A DNA stretch of 28,002 bases from Fidelibacterota bacterium (lineage in GTDB: Bacteria; Fidelibacterota; Marinisomatia; Marinisomatales; TCS55), in the NCBI GenBank assembly GCA_036446075.1, contig JAZFSI010000113.1, positions 1-28,002 on the forward strand. The letters run 5' to 3'. Below are positions 1 through 8,455 of this stretch, piece after piece. The notes beneath the pieces were generated by a model that saw nothing but the letters and a program-made list of their open reading frames with translations, ran no database searches and was not told the DNA's origin. Every line of letters starts with the position of its first letter. Position 1 is the stretch's first letter. A program made the translations under genes and the position numbers.

Positions 1-1161
1 AAGCGTTAACAGTGTCGTAACCTCATCACCGCCCAGCAGTTTTTCAGCACTTTTAATCAGCCAGTTTAAACGGGTCTTGCAGATATAATTATTGCGGCCT
101 TTAAGCACAACCGCCGTTAAATCCACATCAAGTGTCCGGGCCAGCAGCGGCAAATCATTATTAAACAGCTGGTCCTGCAGATGTTTGGTGTAGCAGGCAA
201 TTACTACGGGACCGTTTTCTTCCTGCAGAGCCTTTTTAATGCAGGGGAACAGATAGGCCATGGTCTTTCCCAGGCCGGTACCGGCCTCCGCAATTCCCAG
301 GCCTTTTTCTGCAAGCAGTGTTTCTTCTACGAATTCAGCGTAATTAATTTGACTTAAGCGTTCTTCAAAAGATTCGAATGTTCTGCTTAAAAATCCGTCT
401 TTTTTAAATACATCACCGGAATTAAAGTCTGCTATTGAACCCGGTCCCGCATGCATAAATAAATTGGAAGATAAAGGCTTTTCAATTTTAGACAGCATTA
501 AGCCCTTTTGTAAATCACCGCTTTTAGCTAATGCTGCCGCCAAATCAGAAAACAGAGCTTCATTAAATACACCGAACGGTTTTATTAGAGCCAGCATTCT
601 TGCGATTAGTTCCAGAGGATAACTGGCCGCCTCATAAATCAACTCCATAAAAACAGACCCGCAATTTTCCGCATCTGAATCTGCTCTATGAGCTCCCTCC
701 GTGGATAAACCGAAATAATCTGAAAGTGCGCTTAAATTATGGGTTGGTTGAAAAAAAAGAAATGTACGTGAAAGCGGAAGTGTGTCGTAATAGTTCCTGG
801 CGGGTAAGGTCAGGTCGTGACGGGTTATTAAACGATTTAGAAAATTCCGATCAAATTCCGTATTGTGGGCTACAATCGGGAAATCGCCCAGAAAATCAAT
901 AAAAGGTTTTACTATTTTGTCTTCAGTCGGCTGGTTAGCAACCATCTCATTAGATATTCCCGTAATTTTGGTAATAAAGGAAGATATTTCAAATCCGGGA
1001 TTGACCAGAGTTACAAATTTATCAGCTGCTTTACCCTGTTCATATTTTATGGCCGCTATTTCTATAATTCTGTCTTTTTCAGGATTCAGGCCCGTAGTTT
1101 CGAAGTCAAAAGCGATAAAAGTGGAAAGATTAAGTTCAGCCAGTAATGTTAGTTTATCCAT
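1..1161 (-). CDS. dinG: DEDDh (DnaQ-like) 3'-5' exonuclease fused to DinG-family SF2 helicase; 5' part only, runs off the window start
   Basis: Hand translation from ATG at 1161 gives an open frame to base 1: MDKLTLLAELNLSTFIAFDFETTGLNPEKDRIIEIAA (ExoI), AHNTEFD (ExoII), HRADSDAE (ExoIII H-x4-D), EERLSQ (Q motif), EAGTGLGKT (Walker A), YTKHLQDQL, LKGRNNYIC. The start is 10 nt after the upstream TGA. Confidence 0.9.
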   Translation of the reverse strand, partial: MDKLTLLAELNLSTFIAFDFETTGLNPEKDRIIEIAAIKYEQGKAADKFVTLVNPGFEISSFITKITGISNEMVANQPTEDKIVKPFIDFLGDFPIVAHNTEFDRNFLNRLITRHDLTLPARNYYDTLPLSRTFLFFQPTHNLSALSDYFGLSTEGAHRADSDAENCGSVFMELIYEAASYPLELIARMLALIKPFGVFNEALFSDLAAALAKSGDLQKGLMLSKIEKPLSSNLFMHAGPGSIADFNSGDVFKKDGFLSRTFESFEERLSQINYAEFVEETLLAEKGLGIAEAGTGLGKTMAYLFPCIKKALQEENGPVVIACYTKHLQDQLFNNDLPLLARTLDVDLTAVVLKGRNNYICKTRLNWLIKSAEKLLGGDEVTTLLTL

Positions 1162-1171
1162 TAGACGCCTA

Positions 1172-1975
1172 TCAATCCTGCTTTGCGTCTAAGTCGATTT
1201 TAAAAGTAGGGTGAATTATTCCACGGCGAAAATAATAATAATACCGCAGCCCCCAAAAAGTTATGGACAAGGGTAATAGAAACCAGGGAAAACGGGTCGC
1301 CAGCAGCATGGCCGGGATGAATATGCCATATAGGCGGGCACGCTGGATATGCCGAAGATGTGCAGGAAATACAAGCGTAATCAGCAAAAATGGTAAATAA
1401 ATTACAGCCGCCGTGCTGACTATCGGATCATCCAATAAATAGCCGCTAATCATGGCTGCGGTTGTAAAAAGGAAAGCTATGCTCAAATAAATAAATTGAT
1501 CTTTTTTGCCCGGAACAGATTTATTGCCATTATCGGCGACATTGATGGGAATGGAAAAAACAATCCAGACTGCCAGAAATAAAATCAGATAAACAAGGCC
1601 CGGAATGTAATATGAAAATTTAAAACCTATATTTAATGTACCGATTGTAAACAGTACAAAGCCCAAAATACCAATTATAAGCCCTGATTTTAGATTTTCA
1701 ATTTTTGATGGAATAATTGAAAATCTGCTTAACATCCACAGAATCACGGTAACTACAACAAAGACTAGTGCCTGACCGGCCGGGAAAGCGCCAAAATCCC
1801 AATAAAACCAGCGATCTAAACTTTCTCTGGCAACATTGGCCCCGGCTAACATAATGCACCAGAAGCCAAAAAAAAGTTCAGGTTTATACTTAATAAATTC
1901 ATCCAGCAGGCTAAAAGCTTTATCCAGCGCTTTATAAGGCACGCTGCCTGTTTTAATAATCCTGGCAATCAGCAT
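1172..1975 (-). CDS. Multi-pass membrane protein, possibly a degenerate UbiA-prenyltransferase-like fold
   Basis: 267-aa ORF with about 7-8 hydrophobic segments, packed between the SNF gene (5-nt gap) and dinG (10-nt gap). The UbiA resemblance is by eye only, and the Asp-rich motifs are absent. Confidence 0.6.
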   Translation of the reverse strand: MLIARIIKTGSVPYKALDKAFSLLDEFIKYKPELFFGFWCIMLAGANVARESLDRWFYWDFGAFPAGQALVFVVVTVILWMLSRFSIIPSKIENLKSGLIIGILGFVLFTIGTLNIGFKFSYYIPGLVYLILFLAVWIVFSIPINVADNGNKSVPGKKDQFIYLSIAFLFTTAAMISGYLLDDPIVSTAAVIYLPFLLITLVFPAHLRHIQRARLYGIFIPAMLLATRFPWFLLPLSITFWGLRYYYYFRRGIIHPTFKIDLDAKQD

Positions 1976-1980
1976 AACTG

Positions 1981-3342
1981 CTAAATCACGCCGATAGCAT
2001 TCAGGAAAACGATAAAAATCATAACCGGAGCTAAATATTTTAAAAATAATTTCCAGAATTTTAACATCCAGGGTCTATCAATTATCCAGCTGCTCAGCCC
2101 CTGCTTAAGATCTACTATCGCTTTATCAAAGCCCCACACCCAGGCCACAAAAACAGAAATGAAAAAGCCGCCCAAAGGTAATAGAATATTGGACGCTAAA
2201 TAATCGACAATATCGAAAAATGTTTTATTAAACAAAGTAATGTCCTGCAGAACATTAAATGACAATGCGCTGGGGACACCAACCAGAAAAGTAACCGTAC
2301 CGAAGACCAGGACTGCATTGGTGCGTTTCCAGTTTAATTCATCCACAAAATAAGCGATGACCACTTCCAAAAGAGAAATTGCCGAAGTAAGTGCAGCGAG
2401 AGTCAGCAGGGTAAAGAAAAGAAAGGCCCAGATTATTCCGCCGGGCATTTTAGCAAAAACTACCGGTAAAGTATGAAAAATAAGGCCCGGCCCTCCTGCC
2501 GGGTCTTGGCCCATGGCAAAAACAGCTGTAAAAATTGCTATTCCGGCTAATATAGCTATGAGTGTATCCAGAAAAATAATTTGAACCGCCGAAGTGACTA
2601 TATTTTCTTTTTTCTTCAGATAGCTGCCGTAGGTCATCATGGCTCCCATGCCCAGGCTAATCGTAAAAAATGCATGTCCCAAAGCGATCAGGACAGAATT
2701 TGGTGATATTTTAGACCAATCGGGTTCAGTTAAAAATGCCCAGCCTTTTTCTGCCCCGGGTAAAGTAATTCCGCGCAGGACCAGGCCGATCAGCAGAACA
2801 AACAGGATAGGCATCATTATTTTGCTGCCCCGTTCAATTCCGGTCTTAATTCCGGAATAAACAAAGGCCATGCACAATAATGAAAAAATTCCATGGAACC
2901 CGACTATCCATTTCACATTTCCAGTCAAAGATTCAAAGTGCTGCCGGGCCAGACCGGGTTCTGTAAATTCGCCGAAAACTCCCCGCACAGATTCAATCAT
3001 ATAACCTAAGGACCAGCCCGCCACAACCGTATAAAAAGATAAAATCACAAATCCGGCCAATACCCCCATACCGCCCACCAGAGTCCAAAAAGGTTTGCCG
3101 CTAAGTTTTTTAAATGCTCCCACCGGATTTCTCTGGGTTGTACGGCCCAGGAGAATTTCAGCGATGAGAACAGGCAGTCCGATCAGTAATATGCAGATTA
3201 GATAGATAAAAATAAATGCTGCACCCCCGTTTTCACCTGCTATATAAGGAAATTTCCAAATATTACCCAGACCAACGGCAGATCCGGCCGCAGCCAGGAT
3301 GAAACCAAAATTTGAGCCCCAATGTTCACGTTTTGCCTGCAT
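1981..3342 (-). CDS. Sodium-dependent transporter, neurotransmitter:sodium symporter (SNF/NSS, LeuT/MhsT-like) family
   Basis: Signature REHWGSNFGFILAAAGSAVGLGNIWKFPY, plus NGGAAF, HAFFTISLGMGAMMTYGSY and AALTSAISLLE; SD-like AAGGA before the ATG. Confidence 0.95.
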   Translation of the reverse strand: MQAKREHWGSNFGFILAAAGSAVGLGNIWKFPYIAGENGGAAFIFIYLICILLIGLPVLIAEILLGRTTQRNPVGAFKKLSGKPFWTLVGGMGVLAGFVILSFYTVVAGWSLGYMIESVRGVFGEFTEPGLARQHFESLTGNVKWIVGFHGIFSLLCMAFVYSGIKTGIERGSKIMMPILFVLLIGLVLRGITLPGAEKGWAFLTEPDWSKISPNSVLIALGHAFFTISLGMGAMMTYGSYLKKKENIVTSAVQIIFLDTLIAILAGIAIFTAVFAMGQDPAGGPGLIFHTLPVVFAKMPGGIIWAFLFFTLLTLAALTSAISLLEVVIAYFVDELNWKRTNAVLVFGTVTFLVGVPSALSFNVLQDITLFNKTFFDIVDYLASNILLPLGGFFISVFVAWVWGFDKAIVDLKQGLSSWIIDRPWMLKFWKLFLKYLAPVMIFIVFLNAIGVI

Positions 3343-3750
3343 TTATTCCTTCACTTTCGTTTGCTTCAATTCCAGATCTTCATTCATTATTTCTTCAAAT
3401 GGCTGCAAATGAGCATCCACTACTGCGTCTAAGAGGCCGTAAATATAGATAAAACCTATCCACCAGGCATATTTATTTCGCTTCTCCAGATACCTGTGTT
3501 TCGGTAAGGCCATATTTTCCTCGAAATTTCTATAATTTGATGCATTTACCGACCAGGCCCAGACGGATCCTGCGGCTGCACTAACGAGCAGTGCGGCCTT
3601 CAGGGGTCGCCTGTTATAATATTGGCCGCCCCCTGGAAACAGGATGGCGTACATAGCAGCCTTTTTCGGTACGCGTTTTTTTAAACTATCTGATTCCTGT
3701 CCCTGTACAGCAGCCGTTATAATTAAAAGTGATATTATTAACCTGGACAT
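3343..3750 (-). CDS. DUF5683-like exported/membrane protein
   Basis: Start moved to ATG 3750 (MSRLIISLLIITAAVQG, signal-like), which removes the overlap with ridA. PKKAAMYAILFPGGGQYYNR and YIYGLLDAVVDAHL match my recollection of DUF5683/TM2-like proteins. Confidence 0.65.
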   Translation of the reverse strand: MSRLIISLLIITAAVQGQESDSLKKRVPKKAAMYAILFPGGGQYYNRRPLKAALLVSAAAGSVWAWSVNASNYRNFEENMALPKHRYLEKRNKYAWWIGFIYIYGLLDAVVDAHLQPFEEIMNEDLELKQTKVKE

Positions 3751-3769
3751 TACAATATTTAAGAGGTGA

Positions 3770-4153
3770 TTAAATAAGAGCAATGCACTCTATTTCTACA
3801 TCTGCATTTCCCGGCAGGCGGCTCACTTCTACCAAGGATCTGGCCGGAGCCTCAGATTTTTTAAAGTGACTATCAAATACTTCATTTACACGGGCATATT
3901 TTGACAGATCGGTCAAAAATACAGTTAATTTTACAGATTTTGATAAATCGCTTCCGCCTGCTGTTAATATGGCTTCAATATTCAACAATACACGCTTAAC
4001 ACGTTTTTTAAAATCTCCCTCAATAATTAAACCACTTTCAGGATCGATGGGGATTTGGCCTGAAGTAAAAATAAAACCATTACAGACAATAGCTTGATTG
4101 TAGGCGCCAATGGGATCCGGTGCCAGGTTCGTAGAAATTATAATTTTTTTCAT
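3770..4153 (-). CDS. ridA: RidA/YjgF/YER057c/UK114 family reactive intermediate deaminase
   Basis: APDPIGAYNQAI, FTSGQIPIDP, PARSLVEVSRLP (catalytic Arg) and VEIECIA; ATGA overlap with the upstream gene. Confidence 0.9.
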   Translation of the reverse strand: MKKIIISTNLAPDPIGAYNQAIVCNGFIFTSGQIPIDPESGLIIEGDFKKRVKRVLLNIEAILTAGGSDLSKSVKLTVFLTDLSKYARVNEVFDSHFKKSEAPARSLVEVSRLPGNADVEIECIALI

Positions 4154-4587
4154 TTTTCATCCTGACCCATCAGGCACATAACCGCCAATCCAATATTTGC
4201 ATCCATTTCCCGACGGCCGGTAGAATTTATCACCCGCAAAATAAATTCCCCCACTGCAGCCACCCGGGCTTCAAACAAATGCCCGCCTCTGGTTTTAAGA
4301 GCATGATCTGAAATTGTTAAATGGGCATGAATAAATGGTTTCCCGTCTTTTAGAATTACATTCCCCTGAAACGAGACTAATTCATTAAGGCCGGTAATGT
4401 TGTGTCGTATATATTTCTTGTTTTCCAAGTCATAGGCACCCATTTCAATATTTTTAATGGCGCCAATTCCGGAGATCTGGGCATTAACTATATTTCGGTC
4501 TATACAAAATTGAGTCAATGTTTCCATTATTGGTTCATTTTGTTCAATATAAATTATAAAAGTACCAGCATCCTGTTCAAATTGCAT
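4150..4587 (-). CDS. PPC domain (DUF296) protein, likely metal-binding
   Basis: GIGAI, ELVSFQGNV, FIHAHLTISD and RGGHLFEARV, i.e. the HxH...GGHL pattern of PPC/DUF296. Confidence 0.87.
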   Translation of the reverse strand: MQFEQDAGTFIIYIEQNEPIMETLTQFCIDRNIVNAQISGIGAIKNIEMGAYDLENKKYIRHNITGLNELVSFQGNVILKDGKPFIHAHLTISDHALKTRGGHLFEARVAAVGEFILRVINSTGRREMDANIGLAVMCLMGQDEK

Positions 4588-4595
4588 TTAAATCC

Positions 4596-7184
4596 TTATA
4601 AATTTTTAAGTATATTTTTTAATAAAGTATGGGCTGCTTCCAGGGTAGATTCCAATTTTTTAGGATCATTACCGCCGGCAGTTGCAAAATGCGGTTTACC
4701 GCCGCCGCCGCCGCCCATTTCTAACCCAAGTTTATGGGCAATTTCTCCGGCTTTTACACCTTTTTCCACAAGATTTTTGGATACAACTACCACCAGGGCC
4801 GGTTTTTCTTCAGTTTGAGACCCAATTACGCCAATTCCGCTTTTTATGGCCGCAAAAAGCTGGTCTCCCAAAACTTTTAATTCCCCTAATGAATTCGCTT
4901 TAACTTTTTGAATCACTACCGTAAAATTACCAATTGTATCACTTGCGCTCACTAATGATTTCCCATCAATTTTTGAATCGGAAATTTTATTATTTATTAA
5001 ATCTTTTTCCAGTTTTTTTCCATGTTTTAGAATCTGCTCAACTCGCCCGCTTATTTCATCCCTGCTGCAATTTAATTTTAGCTGCAGATCGCCTATTATT
5101 GAAGCCTGGTCCTGAATATATTCTAAAGCTTTGGGACCGGTTAAGGCCAATAAACGGCGCACGCCCGCTGCCAATGAAGATTCCTCAATAATTTTAAATA
5201 TCCCTATATCTCCCGTACGCTCCACATGAGTTCCTCCACAGAGTTCTTTCGAATACTCACCAATAGAAACCACTCTTACTTCATTACCGTATTTCTCACC
5301 AAAAAGTGCTATTGCGCCGTCTTTTTTAGCAGATTCGAAACTTTTAACCGAAACGTTTACATTCGTGTTTAAAAGTATGGCGTTATTTACAAGCGTTTCG
5401 ATCTGTCGCAAATCTTCAGGTTTTACTTTTTCGAAATGAGTCAAATCAAACCTTAAATAATCGGGATGGACTAAAGATCCGGCCTGCTGAACGTGTTGGC
5501 CGAGAACCTGTCTGAGGGCTGCCTGCAGGAGGTGCGTGGCGGTATGGTTTTTACGTATAGTCTGTCGGCGCTCTTCATCCACCCTGCAATTCAGTATAGA
5601 ATCGGCCTGCTTAATATCAAATTTTCCAGAACAAACATGGACAAATGTTTCTCCATCTTTAAAAACTTTTTCTACCTTAAGATTAATGCCCTTACCCATT
5701 ATATTGCCGCGATCGCCAATTTGACCGCCGGATTCCGCATAAAAAGGAGTTTGATCCAAAACCAGATAAATCTGCTGACCAGAGCTATATTTTCTAATTT
5801 TAGATTTTGTAGTTAATGTTTCATATCCTTTGAAGATGGAATTTTTTCCGGAGCTCACAATGACCCATTCAATATTTAAAGTATCCGGGTTAAATTTACC
5901 CGCAGCCTGTGATTTCTTTTTCTGAGTTTTCATTTCAATGCTAAATCCATTTTCATCTAATTCAAGATTGTTTTCCCTGGCCATTAATCGTGTCAAATCA
6001 AGGGGGAAACCGTAAGTATCATAAAGTTTGAAAGCCTGTTTACCGGAAATAATACCGCCGGAAACATGTTTTAGCATTTTCTCGAAATGGCTTAATCCCC
6101 GGTCTAAAGTTCCATTAAATGAAATTTCCTCTGCTTTGACCACATTTTCTATATGAGCTTGTTTTTCCAGTATTTCCGGGTAAACATTACTCATTTTTCG
6201 GCCTACAGTGTCCACCAATTTGTAAATAAACGGTTCTTGGAAACCAAGCATGCGCCCAAATCTGGCAGCTCTCCGCAAAATGCGTCTCAAGACATAACCA
6301 CGGCCCTCATTGGACGGCAGACCTCCGTCTGCAATTGAAAAACTCAACATACGTACATGGTCCGCAATTACCTGGAACGGTACAGGATTTTTTTTATAGG
6401 ATTTCCCGGCTAATTTTTCGATTTTTCTTATAATTGGTAAGAATAAATCGGTTTCGTAATTGCTGTTTTTATTCTGCAAAACAGATACAAGGCGTTCAAA
6501 TCCAGCCCCTGTATCAACATGCTTCTCAGGTAAATCGGACAAACTCCCGTCAGCAAGCCGATTATTTTGGATAAACACAAGATTCCAGAGTTCCCAATAA
6601 TCACTATTAGAATTAATTCCTTCTGCTGCCTGTTGGGATAGATCATTCCCCATATAGTAATGAATTTCTGAGCAGGGTCCGCAGGGTCCGACCGGTCCCA
6701 TTTCCCAAAAATTTTCCTTTTTTCCAAATTTTAATATACGGGCCGGATCTATATCAGTTTCTGTTTCCCAGATTTTAAATGCTTCTGCGTCTGTCTCATA
6801 AACTGTAACCCATATCCTGTTTTTGTCCAATTTCCAGATACCGGTTAATAATTCCCAGGCCCATTGGATTGCTTCTGACTTATAATAATCTCCAAACGAC
6901 CAGTTTCCCAGCATTTCAAAAAAAGTATGATGATAGGTGTCCAGTCCTACTTCGTCCAGATCATTATGCTTTCCGCTGACCCGGATGCACTTCTGACTAT
7001 TTACTACCCGCAAATACGGCGGAGTCTCTTCATTCAAAAAAATGGGTTTAAACTGATTCATACCGGCATTTGTGAACAAAAGAGTTGGATCGTCTATAGG
7101 TAAAACTGGGGAACTGCGTAAAAAATGATGGCCTTTATTTTCAAAAAATTTTATAAACGATTTTCTAATTTCTTTACTGTTCAT
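4596..7184 (-). CDS. alaS: Alanine--tRNA ligase
   Basis: DDPTLLFTNAGMNQFK, HHTFFEMLGNWSFGDYYK, DTGAGFERL, NEGRGYVLRRILRRA, editing-site HTATHLL and ELCGGTH, C-terminal GGGGGKPHFATAGG; full length at 862 aa. Confidence 0.98.
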   Translation of the reverse strand: MNSKEIRKSFIKFFENKGHHFLRSSPVLPIDDPTLLFTNAGMNQFKPIFLNEETPPYLRVVNSQKCIRVSGKHNDLDEVGLDTYHHTFFEMLGNWSFGDYYKSEAIQWAWELLTGIWKLDKNRIWVTVYETDAEAFKIWETETDIDPARILKFGKKENFWEMGPVGPCGPCSEIHYYMGNDLSQQAAEGINSNSDYWELWNLVFIQNNRLADGSLSDLPEKHVDTGAGFERLVSVLQNKNSNYETDLFLPIIRKIEKLAGKSYKKNPVPFQVIADHVRMLSFSIADGGLPSNEGRGYVLRRILRRAARFGRMLGFQEPFIYKLVDTVGRKMSNVYPEILEKQAHIENVVKAEEISFNGTLDRGLSHFEKMLKHVSGGIISGKQAFKLYDTYGFPLDLTRLMARENNLELDENGFSIEMKTQKKKSQAAGKFNPDTLNIEWVIVSSGKNSIFKGYETLTTKSKIRKYSSGQQIYLVLDQTPFYAESGGQIGDRGNIMGKGINLKVEKVFKDGETFVHVCSGKFDIKQADSILNCRVDEERRQTIRKNHTATHLLQAALRQVLGQHVQQAGSLVHPDYLRFDLTHFEKVKPEDLRQIETLVNNAILLNTNVNVSVKSFESAKKDGAIALFGEKYGNEVRVVSIGEYSKELCGGTHVERTGDIGIFKIIEESSLAAGVRRLLALTGPKALEYIQDQASIIGDLQLKLNCSRDEISGRVEQILKHGKKLEKDLINNKISDSKIDGKSLVSASDTIGNFTVVIQKVKANSLGELKVLGDQLFAAIKSGIGVIGSQTEEKPALVVVVSKNLVEKGVKAGEIAHKLGLEMGGGGGGKPHFATAGGNDPKKLESTLEAAHTLLKNILKNL

Positions 7185-7421
7185 ATTAAAATATTTTTAT
7201 TTTTAAAAGAATTATGATTTACTTTCCTGGTTTAACTAAAGACACTTATTTTACTTCTCTATACACCCGGGAAGAAAATTAATTTATCAGGCGTTCAGGC
7301 AAGTAGATAAATACAGACGCTTTTTCCTGGCCTGGAAATTACTTATTCAATTCTCTTGAGCACAACTTCTAATTACTCCTGTTCTTAAGAAGATTGTTAA
7401 TAAATTAGGTAGTGATATAAA

Positions 7422-7703
7422 ATGAAAATTAATACTATTCAAGACCTGAAACAACTGAACCGTAGCGGTTTAAAAAATTATCTGCTTTAAATTCGAGACA
7501 CTATTAATGAAAAATTTATTGAAGGACAGTGTATTGACGAAATATTGGATCAGCAGGACCCATTTGAATTAATCGAACCTTTGCTGGAAAAAGAAGTATA
7601 TCCATTACTTGTGCCGGCAATAAGAAATATCAAGAAAGAATCCGTTTTCGCTCCCATTTTAGACTCGCTTGAAAATGGATTGGCTGGTAAAAACCTGAAT
7701 TAA
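7422..7703 (+). pseudogene. 93-codon small acidic protein gene interrupted by one in-frame TAA (7488-7490); pseudogene or sequence error
   Basis: MKINTIQDLKQLNRSGLKNYLL*IRDTINEKFIEGQCIDEILDQQDPFELIEPLLEKEVYPLLVPAIRNIKKESVFAPILDSLENGLAGKNLN*. AGGT lies upstream of the ATG and the final TAA is 3 nt before the next gene. Not in the ORF track. Confidence 0.6.
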
Positions 7704-7706
7704 GGA

Positions 7707-8324
7707 TTGATTTTGAAAATGATTGTATTAGCAGCTCTATCTATTCAGTTATTCGGCCAGGCCCCGGTTAGCATTACAGATTTAAGTTTCGAAACCAAAA
7801 CTAATGGAGTTTATATCCGGGTTCATGCCGATCAGGACATAAATCCGGATTGGGTGACAGGCTGGCAAAATGGGGATAGGTTTTACATAACCATCCATCA
7901 TGCCAGAGGTGATACAGCCCATATTAAAAGTTTGAAAACCGGCCCTTATATCAAGTCAATATCATCCACCCATGTGGGCCAATCCCTGCAATTAACATTT
8001 AAACTGACCAGAACCGTTGATCAATACGAATTTTTCTTCAGGGAAAATCCATCTGAATTATTTGTTTCACTACGGTTTCCTGTTTCTGATTTGGTGGCAT
8101 CTTTAAAATCGGAGAATAAACACCGGAATAACGGCCGGGATATAAATTCAATAGACACATCGGCCTCCCCGTTTATAAAAGCCTTATATTTTTTTGGAGC
8201 CGGTCTGGTTGCAGCAGGATATTTTGCTAAAGACAATAACCGGAATTGGGAGATTACTGCGGGGATGGGGGTCATTGCGGCAGCCTATGTTTATAATCAA
8301 TTTATAAATCCTGGTAGAAAATGA
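7707..8324 (+). CDS. Exported protein with AMIN-like beta domain and C-terminal membrane hairpin
   Basis: Signal-like N-terminus (MIVLAALSIQLFG), beta-rich middle (VSITDLSFETKTNGVYIRV...SLQLTFKL...ELFVSLR) and two C-terminal hydrophobic helices. The true start may be TTG 7713 or ATG 7719. The AMIN call is by eye. Confidence 0.7.
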   Translation: MILKMIVLAALSIQLFGQAPVSITDLSFETKTNGVYIRVHADQDINPDWVTGWQNGDRFYITIHHARGDTAHIKSLKTGPYIKSISSTHVGQSLQLTFKLTRTVDQYEFFFRENPSELFVSLRFPVSDLVASLKSENKHRNNGRDINSIDTSASPFIKALYFFGAGLVAAGYFAKDNNRNWEITAGMGVIAAAYVYNQFINPGRK

Positions 8325-8452
8325 TTGATAAATTACCTTATTTTGCCATTTTTTATTCTCTGGGTCTTTTGCTCATGGCTCTATTTATACGCTTGTACTT
8401 GAGTCATAAACGCGAACAAAAGTTTAGAAAAAAAAATTCCTTTAAAAAATAA
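8321..8452 (+). CDS. Small single-pass membrane protein, 43 aa
   Basis: MIDKLPYFAIFYSLGLLLMALFIRLYLSHKREQKFRKKNSFKK*. ATGA overlap with the upstream stop, 3-nt gap to the downstream ATG, one TM helix and a basic tail. Confidence 0.55.
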   Translation: MIDKLPYFAIFYSLGLLLMALFIRLYLSHKREQKFRKKNSFKK

Positions 8453-8455
8453 ATT

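Noticed and set aside
863-1192. Plus-strand ORFs 863..1192 and 865..1146
   Set aside because: Antisense shadows of the motif-rich dinG frame on the minus strand.
3751-3783. N-terminal extension of ORF 3343..3783
   Set aside because: It overlaps the ridA stop; ATG 3750 gives a better signal-like start.
4699-4716. GCC trinucleotide run as a contingency repeat
   Set aside because: It encodes the conserved poly-Gly of the AlaRS C-terminal DHHA1 domain.
7185-7421. T-box or other riboswitch upstream of alaS
   Set aside because: No T-box consensus or terminator/antiterminator hairpin was visible; the region looks like an AT-rich divergent promoter.
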